DNA of 64,000 bases from NCBI GenBank assembly GCA_963746855.1, contig CAVVDC010000015.1, positions 55,295 to 119,294 of the forward strand. The letters run 5' to 3'. The notes beneath the pieces are model-generated. The model ran no database searches and was not told the origin of the DNA. It was given only the letters and a program-made list of their open reading frames with translations. Origin of the DNA: an uncultured Chloroflexia bacterium. Lineage in GTDB: Bacteria; Chloroflexota; Limnocylindria; Limnocylindrales; CSP1-4. Positions 18,901-27,155 of this stretch are shown piece by piece. The position numbers were made by a program, and so were the translations under genes. The first letter of the stretch is position 1. Every line of letters starts with the position of its first letter.

Positions 18901-21229
18901 GACCGTCTACGTCGTCGAGCCGCACGGCAACGCGGTCTTCGCCGACGCGGCGCTCCCGACGGGTTTCGAGCCGGCCGCGTGGGCCGCCGACGTCGCCGCC
19001 GACGACCCGGCTGGCGACCGGCAGGAGCTGCTCGTCCTCGACGGCGACGGGTCGATGGCAGCGATCGAGCTTGGCTCGCACGCCTTCGCGTGGCGCCTGC
19101 CGGGGGTCATCTTCGGCGCGCTGACCGCCGCCTGCCTCTACCTGTTGGCGCGGATCCTCTTCCGGCGACGCTTCGTGGCCCTGCTGGTCGGGCTCTTCGT
19201 GCTGGTCGATGGGATGTTCTTCGTCCAGTCGCGGATCGGGATGAACGACGTCTACGTCGGCTTCTTCATCGTGGCCGCCTACATGGCCTTCGCGGCCGTC
19301 TGGACGGGCTGGTGGCGGGGCCGCAGCGCGTTCTGGGTCGCGTTGCCGCTCATCGGGGCGCTGCTGGGCCTCGCTCTCGCGAGCAAGTGGGTCGCGCTCT
19401 ATGCGATCGGTGGCGTGGCGCTGCTCATCCTCGTGCGCAGTGCGCTCGGACGGGTCGTCGCGATCCTCGGGCTGATCGCCCTGACCGGCGTGCTCGGGTA
19501 CATGGCGATGAGCGTTCCCGAGGGCCAGGGCTTCGGGAACCTGACGTTCCTGCTCGTGATGATGGCGCTGACGCTCATCGCGGTGGTGGTGGCGGTCATC
19601 CATCCGATCGCCTGGACCGACGAGGAGATGCGCTTCGCCGTGATCGCGCCGGCGGCGCTCGGCGCGCTCGTCTTCTTCGGCGCCCTGACCCTCGGGCGGC
19701 TCGACGCCCAGCTGGTCATCGGCAACCTGGCCATCACGCCCCTCCGCATGGCCATCTCGCTCGGCCTCGGCTCGGTCGCGGTCGTGGTGCTGTTCACCCT
19801 TGGCGGCCGTCTCGGGTTCGGGCCGCTGGCGGTCCCGCCCGGACCCGGCCGACCCGGCTACGGCCTGGAGCCTCCGTCCCCGCCCCCCGACGGCTGGCTT
19901 CGTCCGGGCTGGCTGCTGGGCCTGCCGGTCGTCTGGATGGCGGCCTGTCTCGCCGTCCTGCCCATCGCGATCTACGTGATCTCGTACATCCCGTGGGCGC
20001 TGGTCGAGAACCACCAGCTCGTCACCGGCTGGCCGGTCGGCCATACGGGCCAGACCCTGCTGGACCTGACGGGCCAGATGTACCGCTACCACAACGGGCT
20101 GACCGAGGCGCACCCAGCGTCCTCCCCGTGGTGGGCGTGGCCGCTCAACCTCAAGCCGGTCTGGTTCTACCAGGAAGGCCTCGCGGCGGGTACGGCGGCG
20201 GCCATCTACGACGCCGGCAACCTCGTCCTGTGGTGGGTGAGCGCGCCGGCCATGGTCTGGGTCAGCGTCATGGCGTTCCGCCGGCGGAGCCTGGCCCTGA
20301 CCTTGATCGCGGTCGGGTTCGCCGCCCAGTGGATCCCGTGGGCGCGGATCGACCGGGCCGCCTTCCAGTACCACTACTACACCTCGCTGCCCTTCGTCGT
20401 GCTGGGCCTCGCGTACTTCGTCGCCGAGCTCTGGCACGGCGCGTCGCGCGCGACGTGGCGCTTCGCCCGCCTGGTCGGCGCCGCCGCGATCGTGCTGCCG
20501 GCCGCGATGTGGCTGTTCTCGCGGCCGTTGTGCGCCATCGTCGGCGTCGAATCGGTGAACCCGGGTTCGCAGGCCTGCCCGGCCGTGATCCCCGAGTTCG
20601 TCCTGACCGCTCGCACGGCCGGTTTGGCCATCGTGGCCGGCGTCGGCTGCTTCTTCCTCATCCGCGCGATCCTCGCCCTCGCGGAGAGCGATCGGGATCC
20701 GGGCGCCGATCGGGGCTGGTACCGGTCGATCGCCCTGACCGGGGCTGCCGTCGCGCTCGGCTTCGTCGCGGTCTCGCTGCTGGAAGACACGGCCATCCTG
20801 ACCCTGACCAGCATCCCGGTCGAGCCGCTCGTCCTCATCGCGGCCCTGCCGCTCGCCTACCTCGCCCTCGGCGTCGTCGGCGGGCGCGATCCGCGCCGGT
20901 ACGTCGTCGGCTTCCTGGCGGCTGCGGTGGGCTGGTTCGTGGTCCTGTATCCGAACATCGCCGCGCTGCCCCTGCCAGGCGCCATCGTCAACGCGTACCA
21001 GGGCATCATCCCGACCTACCTGTACGCGTTCCAGTTCCCGGTGAGCAAGATCGACCGCAACGCCTCGGTGGCGCTCCTCACCCCACTGCTCGTCGTGCTC
21101 CTCGCGGCGATCGTCGTGACGTGCCTGGTGGTCGCCTACTCCGCCTGGGTCTGGCGGCTGTCGCTGGTCGACGATGCCTCGGATTCCCAGAGCGACGCCG
21201 ACGGCCTCGCGCGCAGCGGGGGCGCCTGA
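15980..21229 (+). CDS. Giant (1749 aa) polytopic fusion of two GT-C glycosyltransferase modules. The second is PMT/GT39-like with a ~400-aa insertion in loop 1.
   Basis: Module 1 (about 15980-17263): GFGVDLSAFRYWATNL...DFFHDYTPGYLY...TRVHERYGYPFF, resembling Gpi18/ALG-like GT-C enzymes. Module 2 starts near 17624: YQMHFDEVYHARTATEF...WTHPHLAKYAMALG, then the insertion (17849-19078), then FAWRLPGVIFGAL...VDGMFFVQSRIGMNDVY and a PMT_4TMC-like region MYRYHNGLTEAHPASSPWWAWP. Start trimmed to ATG 15980 (MRGAVGAVVIVLAL). Confidence 0.8.
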   Translation: MRGAVGAVVIVLALGLALRLIIAYLLPGSGFGVDLSAFRYWATNLADQGPWGFYERDFFHDYTPGYLYVLWLVGLVGKVFGGVGDLIKIPPILADLAIAWLVHSMVLELGGRRRLALAAAFVAVLNPISWFDSVVWGQVDSFGVVFLLLGLRELWRDRTERAAVYTVIAAIIKPQLGILVPLVAVVTIRRALWPSDGGGGGTDGPRRILTTGLTGLVTAIVLSIPFGLTPVGLIQQIAVAGGGYPYLTVNAYNPWALIPSDLGITLARTGQWVCDAALGADQCGAGSAVIGVVPALAIGIGLLVGAFLAVLWVVGREPDRLTLLVGLAVLALAFFVLPTRVHERYGYPFFALGLILAAISPRWRVAYVVLSVATFLNMYVVLTTLYPDNPSISDWFGIGPAIRSEAGVALIVLLHTVAFAWCALQLRVKARDRLEDELERASVEPGAWEPETERAPADGSLTDPEPRTGVGSPRPAWSAPAPPDASAAAPAAIAVAAAAEATMPTWSRPLGLAESGGVGWFRDRLAERPIRADRSASLRHETGGRLDRLDLWILAVLVVACLTLRTFRLPEPYQMHFDEVYHARTATEFLQFWRYGISHDIYEWTHPHLAKYAMALGIMAWGEDDVSAMSDLGVPVRAAVAEPRRDDATAPGGRAGERLHVATGSEIRTYDLHSRSLIATLAAPGVSALAIDPSGEQLVVGFDDGRLATLDLNAIGPDAAASGVTPQPLGNVAGAVDLLHVTKDGATVMVGSGDHLDALDLSTGAVVGGVDLPGLVDLADGGNGAALIATIEQVDDPAAEAAVLAELLAGDAADYEADLSGAGPTVILGSPGTSDTRKKVETAIADGRLPGVEIQDVARVAAATGDGVTFVDPAGARVVSTIGLDGGAHGLAEVTGLEDPKLFVTSGPSGTPVYHVVVIGGDKAANGPVDQGAHPLPGPGTKVVYDEASQMVHILGLAPKAPRQDVDTTTAGPWTVYVVEPHGNAVFADAALPTGFEPAAWAADVAADDPAGDRQELLVLDGDGSMAAIELGSHAFAWRLPGVIFGALTAACLYLLARILFRRRFVALLVGLFVLVDGMFFVQSRIGMNDVYVGFFIVAAYMAFAAVWTGWWRGRSAFWVALPLIGALLGLALASKWVALYAIGGVALLILVRSALGRVVAILGLIALTGVLGYMAMSVPEGQGFGNLTFLLVMMALTLIAVVVAVIHPIAWTDEEMRFAVIAPAALGALVFFGALTLGRLDAQLVIGNLAITPLRMAISLGLGSVAVVVLFTLGGRLGFGPLAVPPGPGRPGYGLEPPSPPPDGWLRPGWLLGLPVVWMAACLAVLPIAIYVISYIPWALVENHQLVTGWPVGHTGQTLLDLTGQMYRYHNGLTEAHPASSPWWAWPLNLKPVWFYQEGLAAGTAAAIYDAGNLVLWWVSAPAMVWVSVMAFRRRSLALTLIAVGFAAQWIPWARIDRAAFQYHYYTSLPFVVLGLAYFVAELWHGASRATWRFARLVGAAAIVLPAAMWLFSRPLCAIVGVESVNPGSQACPAVIPEFVLTARTAGLAIVAGVGCFFLIRAILALAESDRDPGADRGWYRSIALTGAAVALGFVAVSLLEDTAILTLTSIPVEPLVLIAALPLAYLALGVVGGRDPRRYVVGFLAAAVGWFVVLYPNIAALPLPGAIVNAYQGIIPTYLYAFQFPVSKIDRNASVALLTPLLVVLLAAIVVTCLVVAYSAWVWRLSLVDDASDSQSDADGLARSGGA

Positions 21230-22380
21230 GGGATCGGCGCCCGGAAGCCCTCCGGCAGGCGCCCCGTCGAGGCCAGTCGCCGGATCACGAACCCGTAGTA
21301 CTCCTCCACCTTGGCCGTGACGCGCGGCCAGCCGAACTCTTCGGCCCGCTGGCGACCGTTCGCGCTCATCTCGGCACGGAGCGCCGGTTCGTCGACCAGG
21401 CGGGCGATGGCCACCGCGAGGGCCTTCGGGTCGCGCGGCGGGACCAGCAGGCCTTCCCGTCCCCGTCGGACCACGCCCTTGTAGCCGTGGATGTCCGAGG
21501 CGACGATCGGGGCGCCGCCGGCCATCGCCTCGAGCAGGACGATCCCGAACAATTCGCCGCCGGTCGCGGGCGACGCGAAGATCGTGGCCGTGCGGTAGAG
21601 CTGCGCCTTCTCCTCCTCGCTGACGCGGCCCAGGAACTCGACGCCCTGGAGACCGCGCGTGGCCACGTACCGGCGTGCCTCGCGCTCCTGCGGCCCGGAC
21701 CCGACGACCAGCAGGCGCGTGCCGTAGCCGGTCTTGCGCAGGATCCGCTGGGCCTTCAGGAGGTCCAGCAGCCCCTTGCGCGGCTCGTGCCGGCCGACGA
21801 ACAGGACGTTCGGCGTCCCGTCCTGCCAGCGCGCGAGTGGCACGGCGTTGGCGAAACGGGGGATGTCGACGCCGTTGGGGATCACCTTGTAGTCGCCCGG
21901 GAAGAAGCGGTCGATGAAGTGGCGGGCCGCGGCGCTGACCGCGATCCGGCCGTGGAGGCGGGCGGCATGGCCGCGCATCATCCGGCTGCCAAGCTCGTAT
22001 GACGGCGAGAAGCCGGCGTAGGCGTGGAAGGTGGCGACGTTCACGCTGGTCGACTCGCGCAGCATGAACAGCGAGAGGAACGGCACGAACGGCTCGTGGA
22101 AGTGGAGCAGGTCGAAGCGCTCGCGCTCGAGCAGTCGCTGGACCTGGGTGATGTAGCGCGGCGAGAACGTCAGCGTCCCCACCGAGCCGTTGGTCGGCAT
22201 CGAGAACCCGACGCCGATGCGCAGGATGTCGCCCTCCGACGAGCGCTGGGGTCCGTGGCTGGCGGTGACGATCCGGACGTCATGGCCGCTCAGCCGGAGG
22301 TTCTCGTAGAGGAAGCGGACGTGCTGGGCGACACCGCCTGCTTCGGGGTAGATGTACGGGCAGACGAGGCCGATCTTCAT
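21136..22380 (-). CDS. pimA: GT4 glycosyltransferase, PimA-like phosphatidylinositol alpha-mannosyltransferase
   Basis: MKIGLVCPYIYPEAGGVAQHV...FHEPFVP...RHEPRKGL...GGELFGIVLLEAMAGGAPIVASD (E-x7-E region). ATG 22380 overlaps the PHP gene stop (ATGA). Operon context with PIP synthase, Ino1 and acyltransferases. The symbol is assigned by homology and context, not proven. Confidence 0.8.
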   Translation of the reverse strand: MKIGLVCPYIYPEAGGVAQHVRFLYENLRLSGHDVRIVTASHGPQRSSEGDILRIGVGFSMPTNGSVGTLTFSPRYITQVQRLLERERFDLLHFHEPFVPFLSLFMLRESTSVNVATFHAYAGFSPSYELGSRMMRGHAARLHGRIAVSAAARHFIDRFFPGDYKVIPNGVDIPRFANAVPLARWQDGTPNVLFVGRHEPRKGLLDLLKAQRILRKTGYGTRLLVVGSGPQEREARRYVATRGLQGVEFLGRVSEEEKAQLYRTATIFASPATGGELFGIVLLEAMAGGAPIVASDIHGYKGVVRRGREGLLVPPRDPKALAVAIARLVDEPALRAEMSANGRQRAEEFGWPRVTAKVEEYYGFVIRRLASTGRLPEGFRAPIPQAPPLRARPSASLWESEASSTSDSRQTQAE

Positions 22381-23183
22381 GGCTCGTGCCGGGGCGGTCG
22401 CAGCCGGCCGCCCGGGTAGCCGTGATCGCGGCCCGTCCCGTCCTGGCGCCACCGGCCGACGAGCTCGTCGCGGGCATCGCGCCCGCGCTTGGACAGCTGT
22501 CGTCCGAAGACGCTCAGCTGGCCGCTCGCCCCGTGGAACGTCCCGTGATGCTCGGTCCCGCCGGTCGCGATGGCGTCGCGCAGGTCGTCTGCCGTCCGGC
22601 CCGGGAAGCTGGTCCAGCCGGCGCCGACTGCGGTGAGCGCGTGCGCATCGCTGTTGCCGATGTGGGCGAGGCCGTATCGATCGGCGAAGCGCACGACCCG
22701 CGCGTGCCACGGACGCCCGAGCGCGGTCGGGTTGAAGGTCTCGATGGCGTCCGGGTGGAACCGCTCGTCCATGTCCTCGATGAGGCGGCGCAGGACCCAG
22801 CCCTGCGCACACAACGGGACGGGCACGAGCGGGTGGGCCGGCACCGCGAGGCCGCCGGCGTCGTGGACGGCCGCGATCGTGTCCCGGAGCGAGCGGTACG
22901 GTCGGATCCGGGTCTCGATGAAGAGCGCGAGGAGATGGCCGCCGCGGGTGGTGACCTCCTCGCCGATGACGATCTCGACGGGCATCCCGCGATCCGCCGC
23001 GATCCGCCGCGCCGCCAGCGCGGCATCGATCCGATCGTGGTCGGTGATGGCGATGACGTCGAGGTCGCCCCGGGCGACGACGTGGTCGAGGATCGTCGTG
23101 ACGCCGGCCGTCCCGTCCGAGGCGACCGTGTGGATGTGGAGGTCCGCCCGGCCGAGGCGCGCCGGGGCGGGCTCGCCCGCCAC
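22377..23183 (-). CDS. PHP-family metal-dependent phosphoesterase
   Basis: ADLHIHTVASDG...IAITDHD...AHP motifs of the polymerase/histidinol-phosphatase (PHP) fold. Confidence 0.85.
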   Translation of the reverse strand: MAGEPAPARLGRADLHIHTVASDGTAGVTTILDHVVARGDLDVIAITDHDRIDAALAARRIAADRGMPVEIVIGEEVTTRGGHLLALFIETRIRPYRSLRDTIAAVHDAGGLAVPAHPLVPVPLCAQGWVLRRLIEDMDERFHPDAIETFNPTALGRPWHARVVRFADRYGLAHIGNSDAHALTAVGAGWTSFPGRTADDLRDAIATGGTEHHGTFHGASGQLSVFGRQLSKRGRDARDELVGRWRQDGTGRDHGYPGGRLRPPRHEP

Positions 23184-23207
23184 CGCGTCCGACGTCCGAC
23201 GCTGGGC

Positions 23208-24143
23208 TCACGCCGCGTCCGCCTCGAGGTCCGGCCAGATCGGGAAGAACACCGCCCACCACTGCGCTGGAGCGTCCTCGACGATCCGCTCGAACGCCGT
23301 GGCCAGGCTCGTCATCGTGGCCGTCACCCGCTCGCGCCGCGTTCCCTCGGACGGGACGTCGACCGGCTCCAGCCGGCCGAGGTAACGCCCGTGCGCGACG
23401 CGACGGACGCCCACGACATACGGCGTGGCGCCGCTCTCGACCGCGAGCATGGCCGGGCCGAGGGGAAGCGAGGCCGGCGCCCCGAACAGCGGCACCAGCG
23501 TCCCGCCGCCCGTCAGGTCGCGGTCCCCGACCAGCCCGACCGACGTCCCGTCGCGCAGGGCGGTCAGCAGCGCCCGTCGCGCCTCGCGCAGGCCCACGAT
23601 CCGAACGCCGGCCGCGCCCCGCGTCCGGACGAACCAGGCCTGGAGGGCCTCGTCGTCGATCGTCTCCATTGGCGCGACCGCGCCACCGACCCGTGACGCG
23701 AGGAGGAGCGCCGGCAGTTCGATGGCCCCGAAGTGGAGTCCGACGAACAGGACGGCGCGATCGGGCTTGAAGGCCTCGGCGACGATCTCGGGCGTCTCGA
23801 TCTCGAGGCGGCGATCGACCTCGCCCGGCCGGATCGCCGGCGTCCGGGCGACCTCGAGGTAGTACCGCGCGGCATGGCGGAACGCGGAGCGGACCAGCCG
23901 CTCGAGCGCGCGCGGGTCGGTGGCGGCTGCCTGTACGAGCGCGCTGCCGCGGCCCGACGCGGCCAGGGCGACGCAGACCCGCCGGAGGTTGCGCCGGGCC
24001 TGGCCCGCACGCCCTGGCGCCACGCGGTACCACAGGTCGCCGGCAAGCTCGGCCGCCGTCGTCAGTGGTCCCTCCGGAAGATGGCAGGCGAGCCAGGACG
24101 CCCCGATGAGCGCGCGGGTCCGGACGGCCCGGCCGACCGTCAC
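23208..24143 (-). CDS. Lysophospholipid/lipid A-type (LpxL/HtrB/PatA-like) acyltransferase, copy 2
   Basis: FVGLHFGAIELPALL (H-x4-E variant of HX4D) and LVGDRDLTGGG...FGAPASLPLGPAMLA. GTG 24143 overlaps the stop of copy 1 (GTGA). The track ORF extension to 24428 is out of frame with copy 1 and Arg-rich. Confidence 0.8.
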   Translation of the reverse strand: MTVGRAVRTRALIGASWLACHLPEGPLTTAAELAGDLWYRVAPGRAGQARRNLRRVCVALAASGRGSALVQAAATDPRALERLVRSAFRHAARYYLEVARTPAIRPGEVDRRLEIETPEIVAEAFKPDRAVLFVGLHFGAIELPALLLASRVGGAVAPMETIDDEALQAWFVRTRGAAGVRIVGLREARRALLTALRDGTSVGLVGDRDLTGGGTLVPLFGAPASLPLGPAMLAVESGATPYVVGVRRVAHGRYLGRLEPVDVPSEGTRRERVTATMTSLATAFERIVEDAPAQWWAVFFPIWPDLEADAA

Positions 24144-25246
24144 GAGACGGCCTCGCCGCGGGCGGGTTCGGCGTCGGCGGGGTCCGGGCCGGCGACCCGC
24201 TCGACCCCGGCTCCCGCGGGACCGGGATCGGGGCGTCCGGCCTGCATCAGCCGGGCTCGACGCTCCAGATCGGCACCCTCGGCGGCCGCCGAGGGCCACA
24301 GGGGCTTGAAGCTGTACCACTGCTCGGGCACGGCGGCGATCGATGCCGCGAGCGCGTCGGCCACGAGCTGCGTCACGCGCTGGAGTTCGGCCGGCTCCTC
24401 GGACTCGACGTCGATGATCTCGCCCCACTCGACATCGAAGCGGTCGTCCCCTCGACGCTGGATGGCGACGGGCAGGATGCGCGACCCGGTGCGGGCCGCC
24501 AGGGTGGCCGGACCGGCCGGGAGCGTGGTCCAGGCGTCGAACATGCGGACCGGGATGCCGTCATCGCGGTAGCCCCAATCGATGACGAGTCCCAGCATCT
24601 CGCGTCGACGGAGCACGCCGTAGATGGCCCGCAGGTTCCGCCACGCGATGACCCGGAGCCCCCATGCCTCGCGCTGGCCTCGAAGGTGCTCGAACAGCTC
24701 TGGCAGCGACGTATCGTCGGCGACGACGCTGATCGGCAGGCCGAGCTGGCCGATCGCCGCCGCGACGGCCTCGTTGTTACCGACGTGACCGAGCGCGAAG
24801 ATGAGCCCGCCACCGCGCGGGGCGGCCTGCCAGTCGCGGATGACGCGCTCCCGATGCAGGTCCGGGACCATCTGGGTGATCTCGGTGGCCGGGCGACCCG
24901 GCAGGCGCATCAGCTCGACGAGGTAGCGACCGTACTCACCGTAGGCGCGCAACGCCAGCCGGCGAACGCGCGGGTCCGAAGGCGGCAGGCCGAGGACGTG
25001 GCCGAAGTTCTGGTTCGACCAGCGCCGCTTCGTGGGCCAGAGCAGGTACGAGGCCTGCGCCAGCCGACCCAGGAAGGGACGCGCGATGGTGGGCGAGACC
25101 CGGGCGAACAGCCACGCGGTCGCGCGGTAGGCCAGGATCGACACGCGTTCGACGACGCGAGGCCGGCCGCTCCCGCGTCGATGCGGCGCCTCGAGTCGAC
25201 GATCCGTGGGACTCGAGGCGGTCGGTCGGCGTTGGCCGTCGGTCAC
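24140..25246 (-). CDS. Lysophospholipid/lipid A-type (LpxL/HtrB/PatA-like) acyltransferase, copy 1
   Basis: [15 protein letters not shown] (H-x4-E), [32 protein letters not shown], and [12 protein letters not shown]. Its start overlaps the ino1 stop by 4 nt. Confidence 0.8.
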   Translation of the reverse strand: MTDGQRRPTASSPTDRRLEAPHRRGSGRPRVVERVSILAYRATAWLFARVSPTIARPFLGRLAQASYLLWPTKRRWSNQNFGHVLGLPPSDPRVRRLALRAYGEYGRYLVELMRLPGRPATEITQMVPDLHRERVIRDWQAAPRGGGLIFALGHVGNNEAVAAAIGQLGLPISVVADDTSLPELFEHLRGQREAWGLRVIAWRNLRAIYGVLRRREMLGLVIDWGYRDDGIPVRMFDAWTTLPAGPATLAARTGSRILPVAIQRRGDDRFDVEWGEIIDVESEEPAELQRVTQLVADALAASIAAVPEQWYSFKPLWPSAAAEGADLERRARLMQAGRPDPGPAGAGVERVAGPDPADAEPARGEAVS

Positions 25247-26493
25247 TTCGCCGCGGCGGTCGCGACCCTGGCTTTCGTCCCGGCCAGCCGCTTGAGTGTC
25301 CGCTTGGCCGGTGCCTCCGTCCCCACGAGCGTCTCGTCGTCGTCGCCGCGGATGAACGCCTCGACCCGGTTGAACGCGATGTCGTCATGGATCTGCTGAG
25401 GCGGGCTCTTCATGAAGTAGCTCGACGGGGCGACGAGCGTGCCCTTCAGGCCACGGTCGAGACCGAGCTTGAGGCAGCGGATCGCGTCGGTGATGACGCC
25501 GGCGCTGTTGGGGCTGTCCCAGACCTCGAGCTTGAGCTCGGCGTTGAGCGGCACGTCGCCGAAGGTCGTGCCCTCCATCCGGATGTAGCACCACTTGCGG
25601 TCGAGCAGCCACGGCACGTGGTCGCTCGGGCCGACGTGGACGTCATCGGGATCCATCTCGTAGTCGAGCATGGAGGTGACGGCGTTGGTCTTGCTGATCT
25701 TCTTGGACTCGAGGCGTTCGCGCTCGAGCATGTTCAGGAAGTCGGTGTTGCCGCCGAAGTTGAGCTGGTACGTGCGATCGAGGCGCACGCCGCGATCCAT
25801 GAACAGCCGGGTCAGGACCCGGTGGCTGATCGTCGCACCGACCTGGCTCTTGATGTCGTCGCCGATGACCGGCAGGCCGGCTTCCGCGAAGCGTCGCTGC
25901 CAGTACGGCTCACGCCCGATGAACACCGGGATCGCGTTGATGAACCCGACGCCGGCCCGGAGCGCCTGTTCCACGTACCACTTGGTCGCCTCCTCGCTCC
26001 CGACCGGGAGGTAGGAGACCATGACGTCGACCTCGCGCTCCTTGAGGATGTTCACGATGTCGGCGGTCGGGCCGGGCGCCTTCTCGATGATCTGGCTCAG
26101 GTACTTGCCCAGGCCGTCGTGGGTCATGCCCCGCTCGACGGTGACGCCGGTCTTCGGCACCTGCTGGAAGACGTACGTGTTGTTCGGCTTCGTGTAGATG
26201 GCCTCGGAGAGGTCCTTGCCGACCTTGTTCTTGTCGATGTCGAATGCGGCCACGAACTCGATGTCGCGGACGTGGTACCCGCCGAGCTCGACGTGCATCA
26301 GCCCTGGGACGAAGTCGTCCTTCTTGGCATTCTCGTAGTAGTAGCGGCCCTGGACGAGGCTGCTGGCGCAGTTCCCGACGCCCACGATGGCGACGCGGAT
26401 CTTGCCGTCGCCCCGCCGACCGGCCCCGGCCCAGGTGTTGCCCGGCGTCGCGCCGTTCTTGCCGTTGCTGCCGTTGGTTCCGTTCTTGGCCAC
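25243..26493 (-). CDS. ino1: myo-Inositol-1-phosphate synthase
   Basis: [18 protein letters not shown]...[29 protein letters not shown]...[19 protein letters not shown]...NFGGNTDF, typical of bacterial/archaeal MIPS. Confidence 0.93.
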   Translation of the reverse strand: MAKNGTNGSNGKNGATPGNTWAGAGRRGDGKIRVAIVGVGNCASSLVQGRYYYENAKKDDFVPGLMHVELGGYHVRDIEFVAAFDIDKNKVGKDLSEAIYTKPNNTYVFQQVPKTGVTVERGMTHDGLGKYLSQIIEKAPGPTADIVNILKEREVDVMVSYLPVGSEEATKWYVEQALRAGVGFINAIPVFIGREPYWQRRFAEAGLPVIGDDIKSQVGATISHRVLTRLFMDRGVRLDRTYQLNFGGNTDFLNMLERERLESKKISKTNAVTSMLDYEMDPDDVHVGPSDHVPWLLDRKWCYIRMEGTTFGDVPLNAELKLEVWDSPNSAGVITDAIRCLKLGLDRGLKGTLVAPSSYFMKSPPQQIHDDIAFNRVEAFIRGDDDETLVGTEAPAKRTLKRLAGTKARVATAAAK

Positions 26494-26511
26494 TGGTGTT
26501 CTCCGTCGTTC

Positions 26512-27153
26512 CTACTGGGGCTGGGTTGATGGATGTTTGTCCTGGCTGCGGACATGGAGGATCCGCTGGATGACGGTGATGGTGGCGCCCACGAGGATGA
26601 CCCCGAGCGCGAACTCGATCGCCGTGATGCCGATGCTCGTCCCGGTCAGGACGATGCCGAGCGAGATGATCACGAGGCGGACCTCGCGGGGCATGATCCC
26701 GACCGCGGCCAGGCCCATGCCCGACGAATAGCCGAGTCCGTCCGACTTCGCCCGAGCGTAGCTGACCATGATCGAGGCGCCCAGCGCCGCGGCGGCCACG
26801 AGTACGGGCACATCCGCGGCGCCTGCGGCCTGGAGCCCGGCGATGACGCCGAGGAAGACGATGATCTCACCGGCCTTGTCGAAGGTGGAGTCCATGAACG
26901 CGCCGAGCTTGCTGGCCTGGCCCGTGGCGCGGGCCAACGTGCCGTCGAACATGTCGAACACGCCGCCGATGAAGACGACGAGGCCACCGACGACCCAGGC
27001 CTGCAGGCCGACGAGGATGGATCCGACCGCGGTGATCGTGAACCCGATGAGGGTCAGCCCATTCGGCGTGAGCCCGACACGGCCCATCGCGAGCGCGATC
27101 GGCTCGAAGACCTTCTTGATACGGGTGCGGGAATCGTTCGAGATGGTCATCAA
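26512..27153 (-). CDS. CDP-alcohol phosphatidyltransferase, phosphatidylinositol-phosphate synthase-like
   Basis: CDP-OH_P_transf signature D-x2-DG-x2-AR...G-x3-D-x3-D, seen as FDMFDGTLARATGQASKLGAFMDSTFDKAGE. Six TM helices. Adjacent to ino1. Confidence 0.88.
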   Translation of the reverse strand: MMTISNDSRTRIKKVFEPIALAMGRVGLTPNGLTLIGFTITAVGSILVGLQAWVVGGLVVFIGGVFDMFDGTLARATGQASKLGAFMDSTFDKAGEIIVFLGVIAGLQAAGAADVPVLVAAAALGASIMVSYARAKSDGLGYSSGMGLAAVGIMPREVRLVIISLGIVLTGTSIGITAIEFALGVILVGATITVIQRILHVRSQDKHPSTQPQ

Positions 27154-27155
27154 GC

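Noticed and set aside
15872-20437. 1521-aa minus-strand ORF, the longest antisense ORF in the track
   Set aside because: It is exactly antisense to the strongly supported polytopic glycosyltransferase. Its composition is dominated by Arg/Asp/Gly/Pro/Glu, with no TM segments or recognisable motifs. This is a typical stop-poor shadow frame of a very GC-rich gene.
18898-22002. 1034-aa plus-strand ORF overlapping the giant GT gene out of frame and pimA antisense
   Set aside because: The composition is Arg/Pro/Gly-rich with no motifs. The alternative frames carry well-supported genes.
21136-24033. Reading pimA as a single 965-aa protein
   Set aside because: The N-terminal ~550 residues are an out-of-frame read-through across the PHP and acyltransferase genes and are Arg/Pro/Gly-rich. 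A canonical GT4 N-terminus (MKIGLVCPYIYPEAGG) begins at ATG 22380, coupled to the upstream stop.
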